A program made the translations under genes and the position numbers. Shown piece by piece: positions 1-9,055 of a DNA stretch of 64,000 nt. This DNA comes from Thermoplasmata archaeon (lineage in GTDB: Archaea > Thermoplasmatota > Thermoplasmata > RBG-16-68-12). The notes under the pieces were generated by a model. The model was not told the origin of the DNA. It worked only from the letters and a program-made list of their open reading frames with translations, and ran no database searches. The stretch is taken from positions 85,846 to 149,845 of the forward strand of contig DASPYU010000023.1 of the NCBI GenBank assembly GCA_035636595.1, read 5' to 3'. Positions within the stretch are counted from its first letter, which is position 1. Each line of letters opens with the position of its first letter.

Positions 1-274
1 AGAATACGAACACGGTCCGGCCGTCGATGGCCCCATGGCCCGTGACGACGCCGTCCCCGGGGATTCGCTTCGCGTCCATTCCGAATTCCGTGGTCCGGTG
101 CTCGACGAATGCGTCCGTCTCGACGAACGACCCGGGATCGAGGAGGAGCTCGATCCGCTCCCGAGCCGTCAGCTTCCCCTTCGCGCGCTGCGCCTCGACC
201 CGATCTTTTCCCCCGCCCTGCTTCGCGAGGGCCTTCCGTCGGCGAAGCTCCTCGACGCGCTCGTCGACCGCCAT
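1..274 (-). CDS. Acyl-CoA carboxylase/decarboxylase carboxyltransferase beta subunit (propionyl-CoA carboxylase type), N-terminal part, truncated by window edge
   Basis: Manual translation from ATG at 274: [60 protein letters not shown]...[18 protein letters not shown], the typical PccB N-terminus; adjacent to BirA. Confidence 0.9.
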   Translation of the reverse strand, partial: MAVDERVEELRRRKALAKQGGGKDRVEAQRAKGKLTARERIELLLDPGSFVETDAFVEHRTTEFGMDAKRIPGDGVVTGHGAIDGRTVFVF

Positions 275-335
275 GCCGCGCCGAACGCGCAGGCGCGTCA
301 TTAATCCTTCGCGGACTCCGGCATCGGGAGGCAAT

Positions 336-1100
336 CTACTTGAGAATCTCGAGGTTCCCTTCGACGAAGGTGTGCTTCGCTCCCGCCTCGTCCATGATCA
401 CGAGTGCCCCATCCGGCGCGATGTCGTAGGCCTTCCCGGTCACGATCGCCTTCCCGATGCGGGCGGATACGCGCTTGCCGATCGTGGTGCATTGGCCGCG
501 GTAGTCCTTGAGGAGGAAATCGAGGCGGGTGTTTCGGTAGCGGGAGTAGAGATCGTCCAATTGATTCAGCATGTAATCCAAGAATTCGTCGTTCGCGGTG
601 AACAAGTTCACTTCTCGTTTCATCGTCGTCGCCTTAGCACGTACGTCCTCCGGCAGCTTGTCGAGATCCACGTTCGTGTTCACGCCGATGCCGATCACGA
701 CGTGATAGCGATCGTGGCGGTAGACCCCTTCCGACAGGATCCCCGCAATCTTGCGATTCTGGTACATCGCGTCGTTCGGGTACTTCAGGCCGGCGAAGAC
801 GCCGAAGTGACGCAACGCCTTGACGACGGGCATGCCGGCCAGCAAGCCGAGGACCCAGGCGTGCGTTTCCTTGGGCTGCACGATCACCGAGGCATAGAGG
901 CCTCCAAGGGGAGACGCCCAAGCGCGCCCCTGCCGTCCCCGGCCGGCGACCTGCCGGTCCGCCCATACGGTAAGACCCTCCTCGATTTCCGTCTCGAGCA
1001 GTTCCTTCGCGGTCTCGTTCGTCGACTCGAGCACGTCATAGTGGAGGACCGTCCTCCCCACAGCCTTCCGCGATGGCTCGTGGAACTCCGCGAGCTTCAA
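336..1100 (-). CDS. birA: Biotin--protein ligase (BirA-type)
   Basis: Motifs [35 protein letters not shown]. Confidence 0.93.
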   Translation of the reverse strand: MKLAEFHEPSRKAVGRTVLHYDVLESTNETAKELLETEIEEGLTVWADRQVAGRGRQGRAWASPLGGLYASVIVQPKETHAWVLGLLAGMPVVKALRHFGVFAGLKYPNDAMYQNRKIAGILSEGVYRHDRYHVVIGIGVNTNVDLDKLPEDVRAKATTMKREVNLFTANDEFLDYMLNQLDDLYSRYRNTRLDFLLKDYRGQCTTIGKRVSARIGKAIVTGKAYDIAPDGALVIMDEAGAKHTFVEGNLEILK

Positions 1101-1141
1101 CGACCAATGGACCCGCGGGCCTCTATTTCAACGTTCCCGGG

Positions 1142-1819
1142 TCACGAGGGAATCTGCGCCGGTGCGGGAGCGCGGGCCTTCGCGATATCCTGGCTCGCGA
1201 GGAATCCCCAGAACATGACCGCGATCCCGAGGAACTCGCCGATGTAGAGGGCCCACGGCAGATTGTAGCGGGCGAGCGATCCGCCCGCGGCCACGATCAA
1301 GGCGCCGAGGCCGATCCAGAGATTGAACAGGAGCCGCGTCTTCCAATACGAGTACGCGGCGATCCCGATCAGGGCGATGCTCCCGGGAATCGTGAACAGC
1401 GGAGAGAAGATGCGCACGTTGTCGGGCAGCGCCGTGCCCGCCACCGGAATCGCGGAGGCGAACGCGGCGGTGTTCACGGGAGCCGCAAGGATCGCGAGCA
1501 AGAACCCGACGAAGAGGACGGCGGCGTAGAGCGAGAAGCCGATCCCGGCGCGACGGTGAACGAGGAAGGTCGACCCGATCCCGAGCACCGCGACGAGTGG
1601 CGCCGCGACCAAGTAGTAGAGTTTGTAGAGCGGAGCCGACCAACCGAACGCCTCCGCGAAAAACTGGGCGAAGGCCGCGAGGCCGTAGAGACCGAGGCCC
1701 ACGGACCACGCAAGCTGATACGGCCGGCGCTTCGCGAGCCACTGGCGCAAGACGAGGAACGCAAACGCAACGCTCAGGATCGTCGCACCGAGGGAGACCG
1801 CCGCGCCTTCGACGCTCAT
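1142..1819 (-). CDS. Multi-pass membrane protein of unknown function
   Basis: 225-aa ORF with about 7 hydrophobic segments; TATA-like TTTATCAAA upstream on the minus strand. Confidence 0.8.
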   Translation of the reverse strand: MSVEGAAVSLGATILSVAFAFLVLRQWLAKRRPYQLAWSVGLGLYGLAAFAQFFAEAFGWSAPLYKLYYLVAAPLVAVLGIGSTFLVHRRAGIGFSLYAAVLFVGFLLAILAAPVNTAAFASAIPVAGTALPDNVRIFSPLFTIPGSIALIGIAAYSYWKTRLLFNLWIGLGALIVAAGGSLARYNLPWALYIGEFLGIAVMFWGFLASQDIAKARAPAPAQIPS

Positions 1820-1870
1820 CTCCGCCGCACACCGAGGGCGCTTTGATAAACCTTCTCGGTGGAACTCAGG

Positions 1871-2293
1871 CTAATCCCGCTGAGACGCCTGTGACGGAGC
1901 CTCCTGGACGAATTCGAGGAGGACGCCGTGGGCCGAACGGGGATGTACGAACGCGACGAGACGCCCGTGCGCGCCTCGACGCGGGTTTTCGTCGACGAGC
2001 TCGAAGCCTTGCGCACGCGCCCCGCGGATCGTTGCGTGAATGTCGTCCGTCGCGAACGCGATGTGGTGCACGCCTTCGCCGTGGCGTTCGATGAAGCGGG
2101 CGATGACGCCGTCGGGTCGGATCGACTCGAGGAGCTCGATTTTGACGGGGCCCGCGGGGAGGAAAGCCGCCCGCACGCCCTCCGAAGGGATTTCTTCCAC
2201 GGACTCGGGCTCGAAGCCGAGAGCGCGATAGATGGCCAGCCCCTCGTCGAGCCGTTTCAGGGCGATGCCGACGTGATGCGCGGTCCGGATCAC
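1871..2293 (-). CDS. mce: Methylmalonyl-CoA epimerase (VOC family)
   Basis: From GTG at 2293: HHVGIA...KIELLE...[14 protein letters not shown]...[17 protein letters not shown]; overlaps the stop of the mutase gene. Confidence 0.92.
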   Translation of the reverse strand: MIRTAHHVGIALKRLDEGLAIYRALGFEPESVEEIPSEGVRAAFLPAGPVKIELLESIRPDGVIARFIERHGEGVHHIAFATDDIHATIRGARAQGFELVDENPRRGAHGRLVAFVHPRSAHGVLLEFVQEAPSQASQRD

Positions 2294-3942
2294 ACTTCCT
2301 GCCTCTCGCGGTACGTGCCGAATGCGGATCGGAGAACATCGCTGATTTCCCCCAGCGTCGCGTTCGCTCGGACGGAGGCCAGGATGGCCGGCACCAGGTT
2401 CTCGCTTGAGCGTGCCGCCGCGTCGAGTCGATCCTGGGCGCGATGCACCGCCTTCGGATCCCGGTCGCGCCGGAACCCCTTGATCCGCCGGACCTGGGTC
2501 GCTTCGAGCTTCGGGTCCGGGGCGTGGATCGGCATGCGGTCGGCTCCTTCGACGAACGCATTCACGCCCACGACGGTCCGTTCTCCCTTCTCCAGTTCCA
2601 TCTGGAACCGGTAGGCGGAGTCGGCAATCTGCCGCTGCACCCAACCCGTTTCGATCACCTTGCGCATCCCGCCGCGGCGATCCACCTCCCGGATCAATTC
2701 GGAGGCCTGCGACTCGATACGGTCCGTGAGGGATTCGATCGCGAACGAGCCGGCGGTCGGGTCGACCGTGTTCGCGACGCCGCTCTCGCGGGCCAAGATC
2801 TGTTGCGTCCGGAGCGCGAGACGGACGGCCCGCTCCGAAGGGAGGGAAAGGGCTTCGTCCATGCTGTTCGTGTGGAGGGACTGCGCCCCGCCGAGGACGG
2901 CGGCGAGCGCCTGAATGGCCACCCGCACCGCATTGTTCTCCGGCTGCTGGGCCGTCAGAGCAACCCCCGCCGTCTGCGCGTGGAACCGCAACGCGAGGGA
3001 CTCCGGCTTCTTCGCGTGAAATCGCTCCGCCATGATCGAAGCCCATAGCCGCCGCGCGGCCCGGAACTTCGCGATTTCTTCCAACAGATCCATGTGCGCG
3101 TTGAAGAAGAAGGAAATCTGGGGCGCGATGACGTCGACGTCAAGGCCGCGATCGACGGCCGCTTCGGTGTACGCGATTCCGTTGGCGAGGGTGAAGCCGA
3201 GTTCCTGAACGGCGGTCGCGCCGGCTTCTCGGATATGGTATCCGCTCACGCTGATTGCGTTCCACTTCGGGACCTCGCGGGCACAGAAGTCGATGACGTC
3301 GATCGCGAGACGCATCGAAGGCTCCGGCGGATAGATGTACGTCGACCGCGCGATGTATTCCTTCAGGATGTCGTTCTGGACCGTCCCGCGAAGAGCCGCC
3401 CGAGGGATGCCGCGCCGCTCCGCGACCGCGATGTAGAGCGCCAAGAGAGTGGCCGCCGTCGCGTTGATCGTCATGCTCGTGCTGACACGGTCGAGCGGCA
3501 GACCGTCGAGGAGCATGCGCATGTCGTCGATGGTCGGGATCGAGACGCCGACGCGTCCGACCTCCCCGCGCGCCATCGGTGCGTCGCTGTCGTAGCCCAT
3601 CTGGGTCGGCAGGTCAAACGCGACGCTCAGGCCCTCATTTCCCTGCGATAACAGATAGCGGAATCGCCGGTTCGTTTCCTTGGCGGTGCCGAATCCCGCG
3701 TACTGGCGCATCGTCCAGAGCCGGCCTCGGTACATGGTTGCGCGAATGCCTCGGGTAAAGGGCGGCTCACCGGGGAACCCGATTCGGGACCGGAACTCAC
3801 CCGGCGGGAGATCGCGGGCCGAAACGACCACGGGAACCGATAGTCCGCCCTGGGTTTTGTCCGCCGCAACGGCACGTTCGACGGCTTCCGACTTGACGAC
3901 CTTGACTTTCCGAGGCTGCTTCGCCTTCGAGCGCGCCGCCAC
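2290..3942 (-). CDS. Methylmalonyl-CoA mutase, large (substrate-binding) subunit
   Basis: [62 protein letters not shown]; start estimated at GTG 3942. Confidence 0.92.
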   Translation of the reverse strand: MAARSKAKQPRKVKVVKSEAVERAVAADKTQGGLSVPVVVSARDLPPGEFRSRIGFPGEPPFTRGIRATMYRGRLWTMRQYAGFGTAKETNRRFRYLLSQGNEGLSVAFDLPTQMGYDSDAPMARGEVGRVGVSIPTIDDMRMLLDGLPLDRVSTSMTINATAATLLALYIAVAERRGIPRAALRGTVQNDILKEYIARSTYIYPPEPSMRLAIDVIDFCAREVPKWNAISVSGYHIREAGATAVQELGFTLANGIAYTEAAVDRGLDVDVIAPQISFFFNAHMDLLEEIAKFRAARRLWASIMAERFHAKKPESLALRFHAQTAGVALTAQQPENNAVRVAIQALAAVLGGAQSLHTNSMDEALSLPSERAVRLALRTQQILARESGVANTVDPTAGSFAIESLTDRIESQASELIREVDRRGGMRKVIETGWVQRQIADSAYRFQMELEKGERTVVGVNAFVEGADRMPIHAPDPKLEATQVRRIKGFRRDRDPKAVHRAQDRLDAAARSSENLVPAILASVRANATLGEISDVLRSAFGTYRERQEV

Positions 3943-3985
3943 ACGCGAAGGAAGCCGCGGGCCGCGCTTAAGGGTTCCGCGCGAT

Positions 3986-4636
3986 TCATTGTTCGAAGGA
4001 TTCGAGCACCTCGGGCAAGTCAGAGAAGTGGTGAATCGAGGCGTCCGGACGAGACTCCGCGACGGCCTTCGGATCGCCGTAGCCGTAGAGCGCGGCGACG
4101 GTTTTCGTCCCGGCGGCACGGCCTGCGAGGACGTCCACCGGACTGTCGCCGACCACGACGCACGCCTCCGGCGACACATGGAGCGAGCGAGCGCCGAACA
4201 ACGGCAAATCGGGATGCGGCTTCGGTTGCTTCACTTGATCGCCTCCGACGACCGTCGTGAAGAAAGCTCGCAGGCCCGTGACCTGCAACATGTGCTCCGC
4301 CTCGGAACGCCGCCGCGTGGACATCGTGGTCATCGCTCGTCCGCGCAACGTCGGAAATGTCTCCGCGACTCCGGGGTAGAGCCGAATCTCACGGTCGACC
4401 TCGAGCGCGAAGTGCGCATAGTAGCGGTCGGTGAATTCGTCGGCGCGCGGTCCCACCACGCCGCGCAGTTCTCTCAACTGGCGTTGAACCGGCATCCCGA
4501 TCATCGGCCGAAGTTCCTCGTGCCGGAACGGCGGAGACACGCCGAAGTCCGCACAGGCCGCGTTCATCGCCGCAACGATCGCGTCGAGCGTGTCCATCAG
4601 CGTGCCGTCGATGTCGAACAGCACGGCGAGCGGCAC
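3986..4636 (-). CDS. HAD-superfamily hydrolase (phosphoglycolate phosphatase-like)
   Basis: Motif [27 protein letters not shown]; GTG start at 4636 after GGAG. Confidence 0.9.
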   Translation of the reverse strand: MPLAVLFDIDGTLMDTLDAIVAAMNAACADFGVSPPFRHEELRPMIGMPVQRQLRELRGVVGPRADEFTDRYYAHFALEVDREIRLYPGVAETFPTLRGRAMTTMSTRRRSEAEHMLQVTGLRAFFTTVVGGDQVKQPKPHPDLPLFGARSLHVSPEACVVVGDSPVDVLAGRAAGTKTVAALYGYGDPKAVAESRPDASIHHFSDLPEVLESFEQ

Positions 4637-4646
4637 AGGGCACTCC

Positions 4647-5840
4647 TCAGACGACCCCGTCCCGGCGCAACGCGGCGATCTTCGTGGCCGCGTACCCGAG
4701 GGACGTGAGGACTTCCTCCGTGTGCTGGCCAAGGATCGGCGGCGCGATCGACGCAAGGGCCGAGCTCTTCATCCGAAACGGAGGCCCAAACTGACGGATC
4801 GGACCGGCAGTGGGGTGTTGCATCTCGAGCACGAGACGTCGCGCCGCAATCTGGGGATCCTCGACGAGGTCGCGCAGGGAGTAGACGGGGCCACACGGCA
4901 CCTCGCCGGCGCGCAGCCGGCGAAGCCACTCCGCCGTCGACCCGGAGACGAAAATGTCCTCGAGGACCGGTTCCAGCGTTGCGCGGTTCTCGACGCGCGC
5001 GCGATTCGTCGCGAACCTCGGGTCGTCGGCGAGCTCGGGATGCCCGATCGACCGGACGAGCCGGCGAAAGATGGAATCATTCCCCGCCGCCACGTTGATG
5101 TGGCCGTCCCGGGTGACGAAGGTCTCGTAGGGGACGATCGTCGGGTGCTTCGAGCCGTTGCGTGGCGGCTCCTGGCCCGTCGCGAAAAAAATCCCTGCCA
5201 TGTAGGTCAGCCACGCGAGTTGGGAGTCCAGGAGCGAGACGTCGATGCACTCGCCGGTCCCGGTCCGTTCACGCCGCAAGAGTGCCGCTACGATCGCGAA
5301 CGCCGCGAACATGCCGCCGGCGATGTCCGCGACCGCGACGCCGATCCGGAGCGGTGGCCGGCCCGGTTCGCCCGTGATCCCCTGGAGGCCGCCCATTCCC
5401 TGGAGGATGAGGTCGTACGCCGGCCATTCCCGGTAGGGGCCGTCCTGGCCGTATCCGGAAATGGAACAATAGACGATCGCGCCGTTGGCGCGGGCGACGG
5501 CCTCGTAGCCGAGGCCAAGGCGGTCCGCCGTGCCGGGCGAGAAATTCTCCAGGAGGACGTCCGACTTGGCGGCGAGTTCCAGGGCGATCTCGCGTCCCTC
5601 ATCGCGGCCGAGGTCGACCGTCACGCTCTTCTTCGTCCGGTTGACGCTCAGGAAGTACGCGCTCTCGCCCCCGAGAAACGGCGGTCCCCAGGCGCGGGTG
5701 TCGTCCCCCTGGCCCGGCCGTTCGACCTTCACCACCTCGGCGCCGAGGTCCGCGAGCATCATCGAGCAATACGGGCCCGCCATCACCCGAGAGAGGTCGA
5801 GGACGCGGATTCCATCAAGCAGTCCGGACACGCGAATCAC
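4647..5840 (-). CDS. CoA-transferase family III (CaiB/BaiF)
   Basis: LDGIRVLDLSRVMAGPYCSMMLADLGAEVVKVERP, NRTKKS, ENFSPG, SISGYGQDGP; start approximate. Confidence 0.93.
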   Translation of the reverse strand: MIRVSGLLDGIRVLDLSRVMAGPYCSMMLADLGAEVVKVERPGQGDDTRAWGPPFLGGESAYFLSVNRTKKSVTVDLGRDEGREIALELAAKSDVLLENFSPGTADRLGLGYEAVARANGAIVYCSISGYGQDGPYREWPAYDLILQGMGGLQGITGEPGRPPLRIGVAVADIAGGMFAAFAIVAALLRRERTGTGECIDVSLLDSQLAWLTYMAGIFFATGQEPPRNGSKHPTIVPYETFVTRDGHINVAAGNDSIFRRLVRSIGHPELADDPRFATNRARVENRATLEPVLEDIFVSGSTAEWLRRLRAGEVPCGPVYSLRDLVEDPQIAARRLVLEMQHPTAGPIRQFGPPFRMKSSALASIAPPILGQHTEEVLTSLGYAATKIAALRRDGVV

Positions 5841-5890
5841 CCGGAGGCCGGGATGTCCCGATGGGATAAAGGCCCGACGCCGTTCGCAAG

Positions 5891-6913
5891 TCAGTACGAC
5901 TCCCATCGGAGCCCGAGGGGCTCATGGAACACCCCGCGACCGCGCGCGACCTCTCCGACAGTCTTTGCGGAAACGCCCGGCCGCAAGGCGCGAACGACGT
6001 CCTTCGCGACCGCGGCCGGCGCGACGATCGCGAAGCCCATCCCCATGTTGAACGTCTCATACATCTCCCGGTCCTCGATTCCTCCGAGCCGCTGAATTTC
6101 GCGGAACACGAGGGGCTGCTCGAGCGGGTCTGTGATTCGGAACTCGACATTGGCTTTGAGTCGGGCGAGGTTACGAAGGCCCCCACCCGTGATGTGCGCC
6201 ATCCCATGGAGCCGGGCCTTTCGGACCGCGCGGAGGACCGGCCGCACGTAAATCGCCGTTGGCTCCAGAAGTTCCTCGCCCCACGGCCGACCACTCCCGC
6301 TGACCGGATCGAAGACGGTCAGGGAGGCGTCGCGGAGGAGTCGGCGAGCGAGGGTGAGCCCGTTCGAGTGGATGCCGGTGCTCGGGAGGCCGATGATCAC
6401 GTCCCCGGGCCGGATCGCCCGGCCGTCGATCGCCTTCGTCTTGCGGACGACTCCGAAGCAGGTGCCGGCGAGGTCGAGCTCCCGCACGACATCCGGGACG
6501 ACCGCGATTTCGCCACCGATGATGGAGACGTTCGCCAGCTCGGCGCCCCGGTTCAGCCCGACGCCGATTTGCCGCGCGATCTCGCGGTCGTACTCGGAAA
6601 TTGCGACGTAGTCGACGAACGCAAGGGGTTCCGCGCCGATACAGATCATGTCGTTGACGTTCATCGCGACGCAGTCAATCCCGATCGTGTCCCAGCGCCG
6701 CATGTCCTTCGCCACGAGCGTCTTGGTGCCGACGCTATCCGTGCAGAGGGAGAGCGCGTACGCGCCGAACTCGACGAGGCCGGTGAAGTGCCCGATCTTG
6801 GTGAGGGGCCGCCCCATGCCCCTTCGCCGATAGGTCAGGGCGGCGACCAAGGCGGCGATGTGCGCCGCCTTCTCGTCCTGGCTGACGCCGGCCTCGGCGT
6901 AGGTCCGCACCAC
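5891..6913 (-). CDS. purM: Phosphoribosylformylglycinamidine cyclo-ligase (AIR synthase)
   Basis: TYAEAGV, TDSVGTK, GIDCVAMNVND, STGIHSNG, AHITGGG, TFNMGMG. Confidence 0.95.
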   Translation of the reverse strand: MVRTYAEAGVSQDEKAAHIAALVAALTYRRRGMGRPLTKIGHFTGLVEFGAYALSLCTDSVGTKTLVAKDMRRWDTIGIDCVAMNVNDMICIGAEPLAFVDYVAISEYDREIARQIGVGLNRGAELANVSIIGGEIAVVPDVVRELDLAGTCFGVVRKTKAIDGRAIRPGDVIIGLPSTGIHSNGLTLARRLLRDASLTVFDPVSGSGRPWGEELLEPTAIYVRPVLRAVRKARLHGMAHITGGGLRNLARLKANVEFRITDPLEQPLVFREIQRLGGIEDREMYETFNMGMGFAIVAPAAVAKDVVRALRPGVSAKTVGEVARGRGVFHEPLGLRWESY

Positions 6914-6995
6914 AAGGGCACGGAAGCGGGCGCGGATATTTCAAGGGTTCCGGACGCAAACCGTTATGCTCGGGCGCTGGCATCGTCGCGCTCGC

Positions 6996-7595
6996 ATGGG
7001 GAAGGCCTGGGTCAAGGCCCGGAAACACGACCGGTTCTACCGCGCCGCGAAACGTCAAGAGTATCGGAGCCGCGCGGCGATCAAACTGTCCCAGATCGAC
7101 ATCCGCTACGCCCTCTTCCGAGAAGGCGACGTGGTCGTGGACCTGGGTGCGTCGCCGGGCGGCTGGTCCCAGATCGCCACCGAACGGATCGGGCCGAAGG
7201 GGCGGGTCATCGCCGTGGACCTCGCCCCGATGAGTCCCCTCGAGGGCGTCGAGTTCGTCCGCGGCGATTTCACGGATCCCGGGGTTCGCTCGCGACTCTT
7301 CGAAGAACTTCGACGGCCCGCGGACGTGGTCCTGAGCGACATGGCGCCGCGAATCAGCGGCAACCGCTCGGTCGATGTCGCGCGAGCCCTCGACCTGGCC
7401 GACGCCGCATTGACGTTTTCCGTCCGCGCCCTCCGCCGAGACGGCTCGTTGCTCGTGAAGGTCTTTCAAGGAGCCGGATACCCGGCTTTCGTGCGACGGG
7501 TCGCGTCCTCGTTCGAGGCGGTGAAGGGCGTCAAACCCAGCGCGTCGTCGGGGCGCAGTTCGGAAATCTACGTCCTTGCGATCGGCCGCCGCTAG
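6996..7595 (+). CDS. rlmE: 23S rRNA Um2552 2'-O-methyltransferase (RrmJ/FtsJ)
   Basis: YRSRAAIKL, VVDLGASPGGWSQ, VVLSDMAP, LLVKVFQG, SSEIY. Confidence 0.95.
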   Translation: MGKAWVKARKHDRFYRAAKRQEYRSRAAIKLSQIDIRYALFREGDVVVDLGASPGGWSQIATERIGPKGRVIAVDLAPMSPLEGVEFVRGDFTDPGVRSRLFEELRRPADVVLSDMAPRISGNRSVDVARALDLADAALTFSVRALRRDGSLLVKVFQGAGYPAFVRRVASSFEAVKGVKPSASSGRSSEIYVLAIGRR

Positions 7596-8737
7596 GCGCG
7601 AGCGGCTTTGGAGATCGACCGCGCTCGCTCCAGGCACGCTTGGGCTTCGGCGCGCGACCCGAGGCGAGCCAGGACTTCGCCGCGGTTCAGCCAAGCCGCG
7701 ACGTACTCGGGCCGCAGCTTCGTGGCCTTTGCGTGGCATGTGTCCGCCTCCGCGAAGCGGTTCATCCGCGCGAGGACGACGCCCTTGTTGTTCCACGCGA
7801 TTGCGTACCTCGGCCGGATCCCGATCGCCTTGTCGTAGCACTCGAGCGCCTTGCCGAGCTCGCCCTTTCGGAAGTACACCGTCCCGAGGTTGCACCAGGC
7901 GACTTCGTTCTCCGCGTCCAGGCGAATCGCGTTCTCGTGACAGCGGAGCGCGTCGTCGAGCCGGCCCAGGTATTTCATCGCGACCCCGCGAGACGTCCAA
8001 GCGTACGAGGGCCGGCGTACGATGCGAATCGCCCGCTCGTAGTGGCCCAAGGCTTCCTCATACCGGCCGGCTTTCACGAGCCGGTCCCCGCGGGCCACCT
8101 CGCTGTTCGAGACGCGAAAGAGGACCGCCCCCGAGACCATGCCGGCCGCGGCGACCGCTGCGAAGAGCGCGATGGGCAACAGGTTCGACGGATCGAACGG
8201 GTTCGCATACATCCGGAAGAAGAGGAAGACGGCGAGCAGGCCGGCGATGCTGCCAAGGGTCACGAGATCGATCATCCGGCCAGAAATCCGGACCAGCTTC
8301 CGGCCTTCGGTGTCTGCGGGCGTCGCCAGGACGGGGACATGCTCGACGCCGCCGAGGTCCTCGGGGAGCGGCTCCGACCGGACCGAGACGGTCGAACGAG
8401 GGGCTGGACGCCCGGCATCGGAAGCGGACGGTTGGATCTCGACGAGCAGCGAATCGAACAGTTGCTCCGCGGCCTCTTCATCGACCTCCTCGCTCTCGGT
8501 CTCCGACGGCCCGACCGGTTCCTCCTGGGGCGGGGCCTTCGACAGATCCAGGATGTCCTCGAGGAGGGCATCGACGCGATCCGTGGCCCGGGAGGTCGCC
8601 AGGGCGAAGCCGCAGGCCCCGCACACGTCCAGGTCCGGCGGATTGGATGCGCCACAGACGGGGCACGAGACGTTGGCCTGATCCGGCAAAGAAATCCGGT
8701 CGCACGACGAGAGCATGCCCGATAAACGTATCGCCAT
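7592..8737 (-). CDS. Zinc-ribbon + two-TM + TPR-repeat membrane protein
   Basis: N-terminal CPVC...CGAC, acidic linker, two hydrophobic helices, about 4 TPR repeats (AWTSRG, AWCNLG, AWNNKG, AWLNRG); start uncertain (8716-8791). Confidence 0.85.
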   Translation of the reverse strand: MAIRLSGMLSSCDRISLPDQANVSCPVCGASNPPDLDVCGACGFALATSRATDRVDALLEDILDLSKAPPQEEPVGPSETESEEVDEEAAEQLFDSLLVEIQPSASDAGRPAPRSTVSVRSEPLPEDLGGVEHVPVLATPADTEGRKLVRISGRMIDLVTLGSIAGLLAVFLFFRMYANPFDPSNLLPIALFAAVAAAGMVSGAVLFRVSNSEVARGDRLVKAGRYEEALGHYERAIRIVRRPSYAWTSRGVAMKYLGRLDDALRCHENAIRLDAENEVAWCNLGTVYFRKGELGKALECYDKAIGIRPRYAIAWNNKGVVLARMNRFAEADTCHAKATKLRPEYVAAWLNRGEVLARLGSRAEAQACLERARSISKAARA

Positions 8738-8847
8738 GGGTTTCCGGCATGAGAGGATTGCATTGTCGACTCGGAGCAAAGACGGGCCCAAGATCGCCGC
8801 CTTGTCGCCAATTCGAAGGAGAGAAAAACGGGACCGGTCGGAGCAAG

Positions 8848-8857
8848 TATTATATAG
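8848..8857 (+). promoter_or_regulatory. TATA box (TATTATATAG) about 25 nt upstream of the structured RNA candidate; could also serve the divergent TPR gene
   Basis: AT-rich box preceded by purine-rich GAGCAAG (BRE-like) in a GC-rich background. Confidence 0.6.
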
Positions 8858-8875
8858 CGTTCAGATTCCTGGACG

Positions 8876-9046
8876 GTCGCTTCCGGAAGGCCCAATCAGG
8901 TTGCGGGGAGGCAATCGGGCCCGTTGACGGAACCCCTCGGGTCCGACGACCGCTCCCCACCACACACCCACACCGAGAGCCCGGCGGACGTCGCGGTCCT
9001 CCCGTCCCAACGGTCCGCTGGGCTCCCCGTTCTTTTCCGGAAGCAC
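8876..9046 (+). ncRNA. Unidentified structured RNA candidate (~170 nt)
   Basis: Terminal stem GCTTCCGGAA(8879-88)/TTCCGGAAGC(9035-44); 13-bp stem 8977-89/9013-25; additional stems; upstream TATA; no credible ORF. Confidence 0.6.
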
Positions 9047-9055
9047 TCGGCGGGT

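Noticed and set aside
8876-9046. RNase P RNA, SRP RNA, TPP riboswitch or telomerase-like identity for the structured RNA
   Set aside because: The diagnostic motifs (GAGGAAAGUCC and the CR-V box, the SRP helix-8 loop, CUGAGA) are absent, and no RT gene is in the window
8861-9046. 61-aa minus-strand ORF in the ORF track
   Set aside because: No protein-like features; it is the antisense of the structured element, whose G-U pairs favour the + strand
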